From NCBI RefSeq assembly GCF_000012905.2, contig NC_007493.2, positions 1,350,001-1,382,000 of the forward strand: a DNA stretch of 32,000 bases. The letters run 5' to 3'. Shown piece after piece: positions 19,438 to 28,381 of this stretch (within the stretch, counting starts at the first letter, position 1; the number at the start of each line of letters is the position of its first letter). The notes under the pieces were generated by a model. The model ran no database searches. It saw only the letters and a program-made list of their open reading frames with translations, and was not told the origin of the DNA. The position numbers and the translations under genes are program-made. This DNA is from Cereibacter sphaeroides 2.4.1 (GTDB lineage Bacteria > Pseudomonadota > Alphaproteobacteria > Rhodobacterales > Rhodobacteraceae).

Positions 19438-19467
19438 AAAGGGCGCGGAGCGATCCGCGCCCTTTTT
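19438..19467 (+). terminator. Rho-independent terminator of the OMP gene
   Basis: aaa-gggcgcgga-gcga-tccgcgccc-ttttt: a 9-bp GC stem, 4-nt loop and T5 tract, 23 nt after the stop. Confidence 0.8.
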
Positions 19468-19648
19468 CCATGTCCGCAGGATCGGACGGCTCCTCGCGGT
19501 GTCCGGGTCGCGGCCCGGCGATGCGCCCTTGTGCCAGAGAGACAGCAGGCGTGCGCGATCTGCGACATTGTGCTCTTGTCCCCATCTTTGCGGACGTCGC
19601 CGTCTGAATCCGCTATATTGCCGGAAGAATCACGTTATTGGCGGCACT

Positions 19649-20098
19649 ATGACGGTGTTGGACGATCTGGACGGGAAGATCATCGGCCTTCTGGCCGAGG
19701 ATGCCAGGAAGCCGCTGACGGAGGTCGCGGGGCAGGTGGGGCTGTCGACCTCGGCCGTGAACGAGCGCGTCCGGCGGCTGGTCGCGCAGGGCGTCATCCG
19801 GCGCTTCACGCTCGATGCCTCGCCCGAGGCGCTGGGGCTGCCCGTGTTGGCGCTGGTCTGGGCCGCCGTGCCGCATGCGCGGGAGGCGGCCTTCCGCAGC
19901 TTCGCGGCCAGCCACCCGGGCATCGTCGAATGCCACCATGTCACCGGCGTCTGGTCCTATCTCCTCCACCTGCGCGTGGCCGATCTTGCGGGGGTCGAGA
20001 CATTCCTGACCGAGCTCAAGTCCGAGGATCTGCTGGAGCGCTCCGAGACCATGCTGGCCCTCTCGACCGTGCGGTCCGCGCCCTGGGTGCCCCGATGA
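19649..20098 (+). CDS. Lrp/AsnC family transcriptional regulator
   Basis: MTVLDDLDGKIIGLLAEDARKPLTEVAGQVGLSTSAVNERVRRLVAQGVIRRF is the wHTH, followed by a RAM/AsnC_trans_reg domain. The track ORF 19307..20098 was trimmed to ATG 19649. Confidence 0.88.
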   Translation: MTVLDDLDGKIIGLLAEDARKPLTEVAGQVGLSTSAVNERVRRLVAQGVIRRFTLDASPEALGLPVLALVWAAVPHAREAAFRSFAASHPGIVECHHVTGVWSYLLHLRVADLAGVETFLTELKSEDLLERSETMLALSTVRSAPWVPR

Positions 20099-20471
20099 GC
20101 GCCGCCTGCGACGGAAGCCCGCGCGGCGCCTGCTCGTGGGGCGGTGACAGCGGGCGCGTTGGCCCTGCTTCGGCTGCTCCCCCTCGCCGTGCGAGTCGGC
20201 GTGCAGAACAGGCCCGGATGACGGCGGTCGAGGGGAGGCCGGGAGGGGCCGATGTGACCTGCCGCGCGGCGTGGAAAGGCGGCCGGCGGGGCAGGAGTGT
20301 CGGGGCGGAGACGGCCGGAGCAGGCGGGCGGGCTGGCCGGGCTCTCTCGTTCCGGCGCATCGGGCTCAAGGCAGGGCCGGCGCTGCGGTGCGCCTCGGCG
20401 GATGAGGGCAGGACGGGGAAGCGCAGGTCTCGCCACCCGCGCCCGACAGCCCGCAGCGGGGGGCGGCGCTG

Positions 20472-21080
20472 ATGCTCTTTCTCAAGGCGCTTCTCATGGG
20501 GCTCGCCATCGCGGCGCCCCTCGGTCCGATCGGCGCGCTCTGCATCCAGAGGACGCTTGCGCATGGTTTCCGGGCGGGGATGGCCGGCGGCCTCGGCACG
20601 GCGCTGGCCGATGCCTGCTATGCCGCCGCGGCTGCCGCGGGTTTTGCGGCCTTCGCCGCGGCCCTCGACCGGATCCAGCTGCCGCTGGGCCTCGGCGGCG
20701 GGCTGTTCCTGATCTGGCTGGGCCTGAAGGGGCTGAGGCCCGAGCCGCCCGCGGCGGCGGCGGCGGCGGCTGCGCCCCGCGGGCTTTGGTCGACGCTGGC
20801 CGCCACCTTCCTGCTCACGCTCGCCAACCCCGCGACGATCCTCTCCTTCGCCGCAATCTTCGCGGGGCTGGGCCTTGCGCGCGAGGCGGATCTCGCCTCC
20901 GGGGCGACGGTGGTGGCGGGTGTCTTCGCGGGCTCGATGCTCTGGTGGATCCTGCTCGCCGGCGGCGTGGCCCTGGCGCAGCGCCATCTGCCGCGCGCCT
21001 TCGCGACCTGGGTCGCCCGCGCCTCGGGTGCGCTCATGCTGGCCTTCGGCCTCTGGGCGCTTGCGGCGGCCTTCGGCTAG
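20472..21080 (+). CDS. LysE/RhtB family amino-acid exporter
   Basis: MLFLKALLMGLAIAAPLGPIGALCIQRTL..., ANPATILSFAAIFAG, six hydrophobic segments. Its TAG shares the tetranucleotide CTAG with the stop of the convergent gene at 21077. Confidence 0.88.
   Translation: MLFLKALLMGLAIAAPLGPIGALCIQRTLAHGFRAGMAGGLGTALADACYAAAAAAGFAAFAAALDRIQLPLGLGGGLFLIWLGLKGLRPEPPAAAAAAAAPRGLWSTLAATFLLTLANPATILSFAAIFAGLGLAREADLASGATVVAGVFAGSMLWWILLAGGVALAQRHLPRAFATWVARASGALMLAFGLWALAAAFG
20751..20770 (+). repeat. (GCG)6 trinucleotide repeat encoding a poly-Ala loop inside the LysE gene
   Basis: gcggcggcggcggcggcggc read directly; it encodes part of PPAAAAAAAAP. Confidence 0.8.
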
Positions 21081-21415
21081 AGCGTCTCGCGGATCCTGCG
21101 CGGCAAGGCCTCGCGGATCAGCCGGTAGGAGACGGTAATGCGGTGCTCCGCCTCGTCCTCGGCGAGGTCGGGCCCGAAGGGCAGGAGCACCCAGCTCCGG
21201 TGCATGTAGGGCGCGCGTTCGGCGCGCCCGGTCTCGATCAGCAGCGCCGCCGTCTCGACATCGGGGCATTTCACCGTGACCCCGTGCCCGGAGGCTCCGA
21301 CGAGGGCAAAGATCTTGCCGCCGATCTTCCAGGCGTCGTGTCCCTCGTCCCAGGGATGGTCGAGGAGGGCGCCCGGCAGGGCGGCGCAGAGGCGGGAGAC
21401 GGTGCTGCGATCCAT
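21077..21415 (-). CDS. MmcQ/YjbR family DNA-binding protein
   Basis: C-terminal 112 aa of track ORF 21077..22957: MDRSTVSRLCAALPGALLDHPWDEGHDAWKIGGKIFALVG...VKCPDVETAALLI...APYMHRSWVLLPF...ITVSYRLI. This matches the family pattern. The rest of that track ORF is antisense to cysS. The start could lie up to ~90 nt further upstream. Confidence 0.75.
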   Translation of the reverse strand: MDRSTVSRLCAALPGALLDHPWDEGHDAWKIGGKIFALVGASGHGVTVKCPDVETAALLIETGRAERAPYMHRSWVLLPFGPDLAEDEAEHRITVSYRLIREALPRRIRETL

Positions 21416-21503
21416 GGGCCAACTCTGGGGCGGCGTGGCGCCCCTGTCCAGAGGCTCCGCGAATCCGTTGCCCGCGGCCGCCGGGGATGCTACCTCTTCG
21501 GAC

Positions 21504-21548
21504 ATGAAGAGCATCTGCACCATCATCGGCTGCATCATTACCTGCTGA
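21504..21548 (+). promoter_or_regulatory. Candidate leader-peptide uORF (14 codons, MKSICTIIGCIITC) upstream of cysS
   Basis: atg aag agc atc tgc acc atc atc ggc tgc atc att acc tgc tga, 83 nt before the cysS ATG. It contains 5 Ile, 3 Cys and 2 Thr codons. There is no strong SD upstream. Confidence 0.3.
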
Positions 21549-21631
21549 CCCACGTCGCGGGCTGCTCTTTTCCGTTCCCTCCAAGGTCGTGATGTGAGAA
21601 GCCCGCGGGCGAGCCGAGCCTGCGAGGACCC

Positions 21632-23131
21632 ATGACCGAGATCCGCCTCACCAACACGAAGAGCCGCCGGAAAGAGGCGTTCGAGCCGATCGATCGCAAG
21701 AACGTCCGGCTCTATGTCTGCGGGCCCACGGTCTACGACCGGGCGCATCTGGGCAACGGCCGGCCGGTCGTGGTGTTCGACGTGCTCTTCCGGCTGCTGC
21801 GGCACGTCTACGGTGAAGGCCATGTGACCTATGTGCGCAACTTCACCGACGTGGACGACAAGATCAACGCGGCTGCGCTGGCGCGCAAGGACGCGGGCGA
21901 TCCGCGCAGCCTCGAGGCGCTGATCCGTGAGCGCACCGACGAGACGATCCGCTGGTATCACGAGGACATGGATGCGCTCGGCGCGCTTCGGCCCACGCAC
22001 GAGCCGCGGGCGACCGAATGGATCGGCGCCATGATCGCGATGATCGAGGATCTGATCGCGAAGGGCCACGCCTACGAACGCGAGGGGCATGTTCTCTTCC
22101 GCGTGCGCAGCTACCGCGACTATGGCGCGCTCTCGGGCCGCTCGGTCGATGACATGATCGCGGGTGCGAGGGTCGAAGTCGCGCCCTTCAAGGAAGACCC
22201 GATGGATTTCGTGCTCTGGAAGCCGTCGGACGACGAGCTTCCGGGCTGGGACAGCCCCTGGGGCCGCGGCCGCCCCGGCTGGCACATCGAATGTTCGGCC
22301 ATGTCCTACGAGCTTCTGGGCGCGACCTTCGACATCCATGCGGGCGGGATCGACCTGCAGTTCCCCCACCACGAGAACGAGATCGCGCAGAGCTGCTGCG
22401 CCCACCCCGAGGGCGGCTTCGCCAGGGTCTGGATGCACAACGAGATGCTGCTGGTGGACGGCAGGAAGATGTCGAAATCGCTCGGCAACTTCTTCACCGT
22501 GCGGGATCTTCTCGATCAGGGCTGGCCGGGCGAGGTGATCCGGATGGTCTATCTCGGCACGCATTACGGCAGGCCGATGGACTGGACGGCCGAGAAGGCG
22601 GAACAGGCGAAGACGACGCTGCGGAACTGGGCGGAGATGGTCGAGGGAGCGGCGCCCGGCGAGGTTCGCGCCGAGGTGGTCGATCCATTGTCCGACGATC
22701 TCAACACGGCGGGCGCGCTTGCAGCCCTGAGCGATCTCTACAAGCGGAAGGATGCAGCCGGCCTCCTCGGGTCGGCGCATCTTCTGGGAGTCGATCTGCA
22801 GGCGATCCGGCACCAGCCCTGGGCGCGGCCCTACGCGTTCGAGGAGCTGGACGGGCGGTTCCTCCGGGAAGGCATCGATTACCAGCCGACCGTGGGCGTG
22901 ATCGGTTGGGGCGAGATCACCGATCAGGCTCGCGAGACCTCGATCGGCCTCCTGCACCGCTGGCTGGCCCTCCGCCGCGCCGGGGACTTCGAGACGGCCG
23001 ACCGTCTCAAGACCGACGCGATGCGCCTCGGGGTGGAGCTGCGGGCGCAGAAGTCGCCCAACGGCGTGACCGGCGGACTGGCGAAGCTCGCGGACCGGGT
23101 CGATGTCTCCGCTCTGGAGGGTCTGCTATGA
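21632..23131 (+). CDS. cysS: Cysteine--tRNA ligase
   Basis: [18 protein letters not shown] (HIGH-type motif), [20 protein letters not shown], and the KMSKSLGNF motif. Confidence 0.95.
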   Translation: MTEIRLTNTKSRRKEAFEPIDRKNVRLYVCGPTVYDRAHLGNGRPVVVFDVLFRLLRHVYGEGHVTYVRNFTDVDDKINAAALARKDAGDPRSLEALIRERTDETIRWYHEDMDALGALRPTHEPRATEWIGAMIAMIEDLIAKGHAYEREGHVLFRVRSYRDYGALSGRSVDDMIAGARVEVAPFKEDPMDFVLWKPSDDELPGWDSPWGRGRPGWHIECSAMSYELLGATFDIHAGGIDLQFPHHENEIAQSCCAHPEGGFARVWMHNEMLLVDGRKMSKSLGNFFTVRDLLDQGWPGEVIRMVYLGTHYGRPMDWTAEKAEQAKTTLRNWAEMVEGAAPGEVRAEVVDPLSDDLNTAGALAALSDLYKRKDAAGLLGSAHLLGVDLQAIRHQPWARPYAFEELDGRFLREGIDYQPTVGVIGWGEITDQARETSIGLLHRWLALRRAGDFETADRLKTDAMRLGVELRAQKSPNGVTGGLAKLADRVDVSALEGLL

Positions 23132-23191
23132 GCGATGCGCCTCGGGCGGATTTGCAAGAAGGAGATCGGAAGGTGCCGGGCGCGCCGGAAG

Positions 23192-23214
23192 CCGGGGGGC
23201 TGTCTGCCCCCCGG
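23192..23214 (+). terminator. Strong GC stem-loop between cysS and cimA (terminator/attenuator-like, no U-tract)
   Basis: ccggggggc / tgtct / gccccccgg: a 9-bp perfect all-G:C stem, 61 nt after the cysS stop. Confidence 0.4.
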
Positions 23215-23256
23215 ACCCCCCGAGGATACTTGGACCAGACTGAAGGGCAGGAGCGC

Positions 23257-24909
23257 GTGACGGGGCAGGGGGCGGCGCCGGGGCCGGTGAAGGAGCGGCT
23301 CTGGATCTATGACACGACGCTGCGCGACGGGCAGCAGACGCAGGGCGTGCAGTTCTCGACGCCCGAGAAGCGGCAGATCGCCGAGGCGCTCGACCGGCTC
23401 GGGGTGGATTACATCGAGGGCGGCTGGCCGGGGGCCAACCCGACCGACTCGGAGTTCTTTGCGGCCTTGCCCCGCGTCCGGGCGCGGGTGACGGCCTTCG
23501 GCATGACCAAGCGCGCGGGCCGCTCGGCCGAGAATGACGATGTGCTGGCCGCGGTGCTCGATGCGGGCACGGACACGGTCTGCCTCGTCGGCAAGACGCA
23601 CGAATTCCATGTGACGACGGCGCTCGGCGTGACGCTCGAGGAGAACCTCGAGGCGATCCGCGCCTCGGTCGCGCATGTCGTGGCGAAGGGGCGCGAGGCG
23701 ATCCTCGATGCCGAGCATTTCTTCGACGGCTACCGCGCCAATCCCGCCTATGCGCTGGATTGCCTGCAGGCGGCGCTCGGGGCGGGGGCGCGCTGGGTGG
23801 TGCTCTGCGACACGAACGGCGGCACGCTGCCCGCCGAGGTGGGGCGCATCGTGGCCGAGGTCATCGCCGCGGGCGTGCCCGGCGACCGGCTGGGGATCCA
23901 CACCCATGACGACACGGGCACCGCGGTGGCGGCCACGCTTGCGGCCGTCGATGCCGGGGCGCGGCAGGTGCAGGGCACGCTGAACGGCTTGGGCGAGCGC
24001 TGCGGCAACGCGAACCTCACCACGCTCATCCCCACCTTCCTGCTGAAGGAGCCCTATGCCAGCCGCTTCGAGACCGGGATCGACCGCGAGGCCCTGAGCG
24101 GCATGGTGCGGGTGAGCCGGATGCTCGACGACATCCTGAACCGGGTGCCGCGCCGGGCCTCGGCCTATGTCGGCGCCTCGGCCTTCGCGCACAAGGCGGG
24201 GCTCCATGCCTCGGCGATCCTGAAGGATCCCGCCACCTACGAACATGTCGATCCCGCGCTGGTGGGCAACGTGCGGGTGATCCCCATGTCGAACCAGGCC
24301 GGGCAGTCGAACCTGCGGGCGCGGCTGGCCGAGGCGGGGCTCGAGGTGCCTTCGGGCGATCCGCGGCTGGGCCGGATCCTCGAGACGGTCAAGGCGCGCG
24401 AGGATCAGGGCTATGCCTACGATTCCGCGCAGGCGAGCTTCGAGCTGGTGGCGCGGCGAGAGCTGGGCCTCCTGCCCAGCTTCTTCGAGGTGAAGCGCTA
24501 CCGCGTGACCGTCGAGCGGCGGCGGGTGGGCGAGGGCACCATGACGCTCTCGGAAGCGGTGGTCGTGGTGCTGATCGACGGGCAGCGCGTGCTGTCGGTC
24601 TCGGAAAGCCTCGACGAGAACGGCACCGAGCGCGGCCCGGTGAACGCGCTGTCGAAGGCGCTGGCCAAGGATCTCGGCCGCTGGCAGTCGGTGATCGACG
24701 ACATGCGGCTGGTGGATTTCAAGGTGCGGATCACGCAGGGCGGCACCGAGGCCGCGACCCGCGTCATCATCGACAGCGAGGACGGGCAGGGCCGGCGCTG
24801 GTCGACGGTGGGGGTCTCGCCCAACATCGTCGATGCCTCGTTCGAGGCGCTGCTCGACGCGATCAACTGGAAGCTCGTGCGCGATGCACGGCAGGAGGAC
24901 AGCCGATGA
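23257..24909 (+). CDS. cimA: Citramalate synthase (LeuA/CimA family)
   Basis: [48 protein letters not shown], and a C-terminal LeuA-allosteric-like domain. The start is ambiguous: GTG 23257 (AGGAG at 3-nt spacing), GTG 23173 (AAGGAG at 8-nt spacing), or ATG 23128 (ATGA overlap with cysS). All three are in frame. Confidence 0.85.
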   Translation: MTGQGAAPGPVKERLWIYDTTLRDGQQTQGVQFSTPEKRQIAEALDRLGVDYIEGGWPGANPTDSEFFAALPRVRARVTAFGMTKRAGRSAENDDVLAAVLDAGTDTVCLVGKTHEFHVTTALGVTLEENLEAIRASVAHVVAKGREAILDAEHFFDGYRANPAYALDCLQAALGAGARWVVLCDTNGGTLPAEVGRIVAEVIAAGVPGDRLGIHTHDDTGTAVAATLAAVDAGARQVQGTLNGLGERCGNANLTTLIPTFLLKEPYASRFETGIDREALSGMVRVSRMLDDILNRVPRRASAYVGASAFAHKAGLHASAILKDPATYEHVDPALVGNVRVIPMSNQAGQSNLRARLAEAGLEVPSGDPRLGRILETVKAREDQGYAYDSAQASFELVARRELGLLPSFFEVKRYRVTVERRRVGEGTMTLSEAVVVVLIDGQRVLSVSESLDENGTERGPVNALSKALAKDLGRWQSVIDDMRLVDFKVRITQGGTEAATRVIIDSEDGQGRRWSTVGVSPNIVDASFEALLDAINWKLVRDARQEDSR

Positions 24910-25625
24910 CGCCGGAAGAGGCCTTCTTCACCCTGCATTCGGGGCTCGAGCGCGAGGGCCCGGGCGATGCCGAAAGCCTCGCCTGGGCGCTCGAGGCCGC
25001 GCGCGTGCCGCGGGCGGGGCGGGTGCTCGACGCAGGATCGGGGCCGGGGGCGGATGTCGAGGCGCTGCTCGCCGCGGTGCCCGAGGGGCAGGTGGTGGCG
25101 ATGGATCTGCACCGGCCCTACATCGACGAGCTCGCGGCGCGGCTCGGCGTCGATGCGCGGCTGCAGGCCGTGGCGGGCGACATGCGCGAGCCGGTGGGCA
25201 TGTTCGACCTGATCTGGTGCGCGGGCGCCATCTCAGGCGTGGGGATCGCGGCGGCCCTCGCGGGCTGGCGGGCGCATCTGAAACCGGGCGGCCGGGTGGT
25301 CTTCTCGGAGCTGGGCTGGCGGATCGACAATCCGCCGCTCGAGGCGCGCGACTTCTGGGCCACCTATCCCGCGATGCGCGACCGCGCGGGGATCCGCACG
25401 CAGGTCGAGGAGGCGGGCTTCCGCATCCTCGCCGACCGCTGGCTGCCCGACGCGGCCTGGGAGGCCTATTACGGGCCGCTTGGCGCGCGGATCGCGCATC
25501 TGCGGGCGGAGGCCGAGCCGATCCTCTCCTACGCGCTCGATCAGGGCGCGGCCGAGATCGACCTCTGGCACCGGCACGGGTCGAGCTACGGCTATCTTCA
25601 GGTGATCGCGGAGCCTGCCGCATGA
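24906..25625 (+). CDS. Class I SAM-dependent methyltransferase
   Basis: Motif I VLDAGSGPGAD, an acidic post-I residue (VVAMDL), and FDLIWCAGAI / LKPGGRVVFSEL. ATGA overlap with the cimA stop. Confidence 0.85.
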   Translation: MTPEEAFFTLHSGLEREGPGDAESLAWALEAARVPRAGRVLDAGSGPGADVEALLAAVPEGQVVAMDLHRPYIDELAARLGVDARLQAVAGDMREPVGMFDLIWCAGAISGVGIAAALAGWRAHLKPGGRVVFSELGWRIDNPPLEARDFWATYPAMRDRAGIRTQVEEAGFRILADRWLPDAAWEAYYGPLGARIAHLRAEAEPILSYALDQGAAEIDLWHRHGSSYGYLQVIAEPAA

Positions 25626-26389
25626 GCCTCGAGGCCTGCGCGGCGCTGGTCGAGCGGGGCGATCCGGACCGTCATGCGGCGGCGATGGCCGCGCCCCCTG
25701 CGGCGCGGGCGCGGCTCTGGCCGCTCTATGCCTTCAACCTCGAGGTGGCGCGCGCGCCCTGGGTCACGCGCGAGCCGATGATCGCCGAGATGCGCCTGCA
25801 GTTCTGGCGCGACGTGGTCGAGGAGGCGCCCGCGGGCAGGAGCCGGGCGCATGAGGTGGCGGGGCCTCTGGCCGGGCTGATCCGCGAGGCGGCGCTGCCG
25901 GTGCCGCTGCTCGAGGCGATGATCGAGGCGCGGCGGCACGACATCTGGGCCGAGCCTTTCGCGGATGAGGCGGCTTTCACGGCTCATCTGGAGGCCACGG
26001 CGGCCGGGCTCATGTGGGCCTCGGCGCTGGCACTGGGGGCGCCCGCGGCGGCCGAGACGGCGGTGCGGGCGGTGGGCTGGGCCGCGGGGCTCGCGGCCTG
26101 GCTTCAGGCAGTGCCCGAGCTCGAGGCGCGGGGCCGTCAGCCGCTGCCCGACGGGCGGCCGGAGGCGGTGGTGGCGCTTGCGCGCGCGGGTCTGTCCCGG
26201 CTGGAGAGCGGCCGCCGCGTGCGGCTGCCGCGGGACGCCCGGCCCGCGCTCCTGCCCGCCTGGCAGGCGGGCGCTCTGCTGCGGCTTGCCGTGGACGAGC
26301 CGGGGCGCGTGGCGGCGGGCCGCTTGCAGCTGTCGGAATTCGCGCGCCGCGGGCGGCTTCTCCGCGCGGCCTTCACCGGCCGGATCTGA
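25622..26389 (+). CDS. Squalene/phytoene synthase family protein lacking the Asp-rich catalytic motifs (NDUFAF6-like, inferred)
   Basis: ATG 25622 overlaps the methyltransferase TGA. LWPLYAFNLEVARAPWVTREPMIAEMRLQFWRDVV... and ...AFTAHLEATAAGLMWASALALG follow the SQS_PSY fold pattern. No DxxxD/DDxxD motif is present anywhere in the 255 aa. Confidence 0.75.
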   Translation: MSLEACAALVERGDPDRHAAAMAAPPAARARLWPLYAFNLEVARAPWVTREPMIAEMRLQFWRDVVEEAPAGRSRAHEVAGPLAGLIREAALPVPLLEAMIEARRHDIWAEPFADEAAFTAHLEATAAGLMWASALALGAPAAAETAVRAVGWAAGLAAWLQAVPELEARGRQPLPDGRPEAVVALARAGLSRLESGRRVRLPRDARPALLPAWQAGALLRLAVDEPGRVAAGRLQLSEFARRGRLLRAAFTGRI

Positions 26390-26392
26390 GCC

Positions 26393-27613
26393 TCACGCCT
26401 CCTTTGGGCGCAGCGCGAGCCAGATCAGCGCGCCGCCGGCGGCCACGAGGAAGGGCAGCATGGCCAGGTTCACCGCCTGCCAGCCCGCCTCCACGCTGCC
26501 GCCCGAGCAGTTCATGAGCCCGCCCGAGGCCAGCGAGGCCATGGCCACGCCGCCGAACACGATCAGATCGTTCAGCCCCTGGATGCGGCCGCGTTCCTCC
26601 GGCGCATGGGCCGAGGCGAGAAGTGCTGTCGCGCCGATGAAGCCGAAGTTCCAGCCGACCCCGAGCAGCACCAGTGCGCCGAAGAAATGGCCGAGCTCGA
26701 CGCCCGACAGGGCGACCGCGCCCGAGCCTGCGAGGATGGCGAGGCCCAGCGCCATCACCTTCTCCGCGCCGAACCGCGCGATCACATGGCCGGTGAAGAA
26801 GCTCGGCCCATACATGGCGAGCACATGGGCCGTGACCACGTTGGCCGCGTCCGAGGTGGCGAAGCCGCAGCCCACCACCGCCAGCGGCGAGGAGGTCATG
26901 ACGAGGTTCATCAGCGCATAGGCCACGGTGGCGCAGATCACCGCCACCGCGATCCGCGGCTCGCGCAACAGCTCGAGCCGGCTGCGGCCGCGGGGGCTGC
27001 CGGCAGCGGGCGGGGTCGGGCGCGGAATGTCGAGAAAGGCGAAGAGGGCCACGCCGCAGAGATTGAGCAGGATCGCCGCGAGATAAGTGCCGAGGAAGGG
27101 CACCACCATGGCCTCGGCGGTCAGCTTGACCACCTGCGGGCCGATCACCGCCGAGAGCAGACCGCCCGCCATGACCCAGGAAATCGCCTTGGGGCGGAAG
27201 GTCTCGGAGGCGGTATCGGCGGCGGCGAAGCGGTAGAAGCCCTGCGCCGACATGTAGGTGCCGGTCAGGAGCGAGCCCGCGAGGAAGAGCGCGAACGAGC
27301 CCTGCATCAGCGCCACGGCACAGACGGCCGCGCCGAGAGCCCCCGCAAGCGCGCCCACCAGAAAGCCCACGCGGCGGCCGAACCGCTGCATGATGGCCGA
27401 GAGCGGCGTAGCCGACAGCATCGAGCCGGTGACGGCCATGGTGATCGGCAGCGTGGCCCAGCAGGGGTTCGAGGCGAGGGTCTGGCCCGACAGCCCGGCC
27501 ACGATGAAGACCATCGAGAGCTGGGAGCCGAGGATAGCCTGCGCGGCCACCAGGACGATCACATTGCGGCGGGCGCGGGCATCGGAGGCGGGCAGGGCGG
27601 AAGCGTCGGTCAT
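26393..27613 (-). CDS. MFS transporter
   Basis: 406 aa with about 12 hydrophobic segments and an MFS motif-A-like MQRFGRRVGFL. Its stop lies 3 nt from the stop of the convergent gene. Confidence 0.88.
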   Translation of the reverse strand: MTDASALPASDARARRNVIVLVAAQAILGSQLSMVFIVAGLSGQTLASNPCWATLPITMAVTGSMLSATPLSAIMQRFGRRVGFLVGALAGALGAAVCAVALMQGSFALFLAGSLLTGTYMSAQGFYRFAAADTASETFRPKAISWVMAGGLLSAVIGPQVVKLTAEAMVVPFLGTYLAAILLNLCGVALFAFLDIPRPTPPAAGSPRGRSRLELLREPRIAVAVICATVAYALMNLVMTSSPLAVVGCGFATSDAANVVTAHVLAMYGPSFFTGHVIARFGAEKVMALGLAILAGSGAVALSGVELGHFFGALVLLGVGWNFGFIGATALLASAHAPEERGRIQGLNDLIVFGGVAMASLASGGLMNCSGGSVEAGWQAVNLAMLPFLVAAGGALIWLALRPKEA

Positions 27614-27751
27614 GCCCCTTCCCTAGAGTGCCGCGCCTTGCCGCGTCCAGCGAAATCAGGCGCGGGTGCGGCCCCGTCCGGCGCCCGTTCCCGCTCCGCG
27701 CTGACGGAGGGCAGGGCTGGACGGCGGGCCTGCGATGGGCGATGCAGGGCC

Positions 27752-28381
27752 ATGACCGGCCGCATCCTCCTCACTCCGGACTGCATCGCCGAGGGCGTGG
27801 CCTGTCTCGCTGAGCGCGAGCCGCGCTTCGCCCGGGCCCATGCGCTGACCGGCGATCCGCCTCTCCGCCGGCGGCCCGAAGGTTTCGCCGAGCTTGCGGG
27901 GGCCATCCTCGGTCAGCAGGTTTCGACCTCCGCGGCCGCGGCCATGCGGATGCGCATGGAGGCGGCAGGACTGCTCGATCCCGAGGCGGCGCTTCTGGCC
28001 GGCGAGGAGGCGCTGCGGGCCTGCGGGCTCTCGGCCGCGAAGATCCGCTACATCCGCGCGCTGGCGGCTGCGACGGTGGATTACGCGGGCCTCGCCCGGC
28101 TGCCGGATGCCGAGGTGGTGGCGACCCTCACCGCCCTTCCCGGTATCGGCCGCTGGACGGCCGAGCTTTACGCCATGACCTCGCTCGGCCGGGCCGACGT
28201 GCTCTGCGCGGGCGATCTGGCGCTGCAGGAGGCGGCGCGGCTTCTCTTCGAGCTCGAGGTGCGTCCCTCCGAGCGCGCCCTGCGCGCGATGGCCGCCGAC
28301 TGGAGCCCGTGGCGGGGCGTTGCGGCGCGGCTGCTCTGGGCCTATTACCGGCACGCCAAGGGACGGGAAGGAACCGCATGA
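27752..28381 (+). CDS. DNA-3-methyladenine glycosylase II-like HhH-GPD base-excision enzyme
   Basis: ILGQQVSTSAAAAM..., the helix-hairpin-helix LPGIGRWTAELY, and the downstream Asp (CAGDLALQ). Track ORF 26606..28381 was trimmed to ATG 27752. Confidence 0.85.
   Translation: MTGRILLTPDCIAEGVACLAEREPRFARAHALTGDPPLRRRPEGFAELAGAILGQQVSTSAAAAMRMRMEAAGLLDPEAALLAGEEALRACGLSAAKIRYIRALAAATVDYAGLARLPDAEVVATLTALPGIGRWTAELYAMTSLGRADVLCAGDLALQEAARLLFELEVRPSERALRAMAADWSPWRGVAARLLWAYYRHAKGREGTA

Noticed and set aside
20218-20472. 84-aa Gly/Arg-rich ORF ending in a TGATG overlap with the lysE start
   Set aside because: Its composition simply reflects the G-rich strand (GGN/CGN codons). It has no RBS and no resemblance to any fold I recognise. 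The G-rich region itself is reported as a finding instead.
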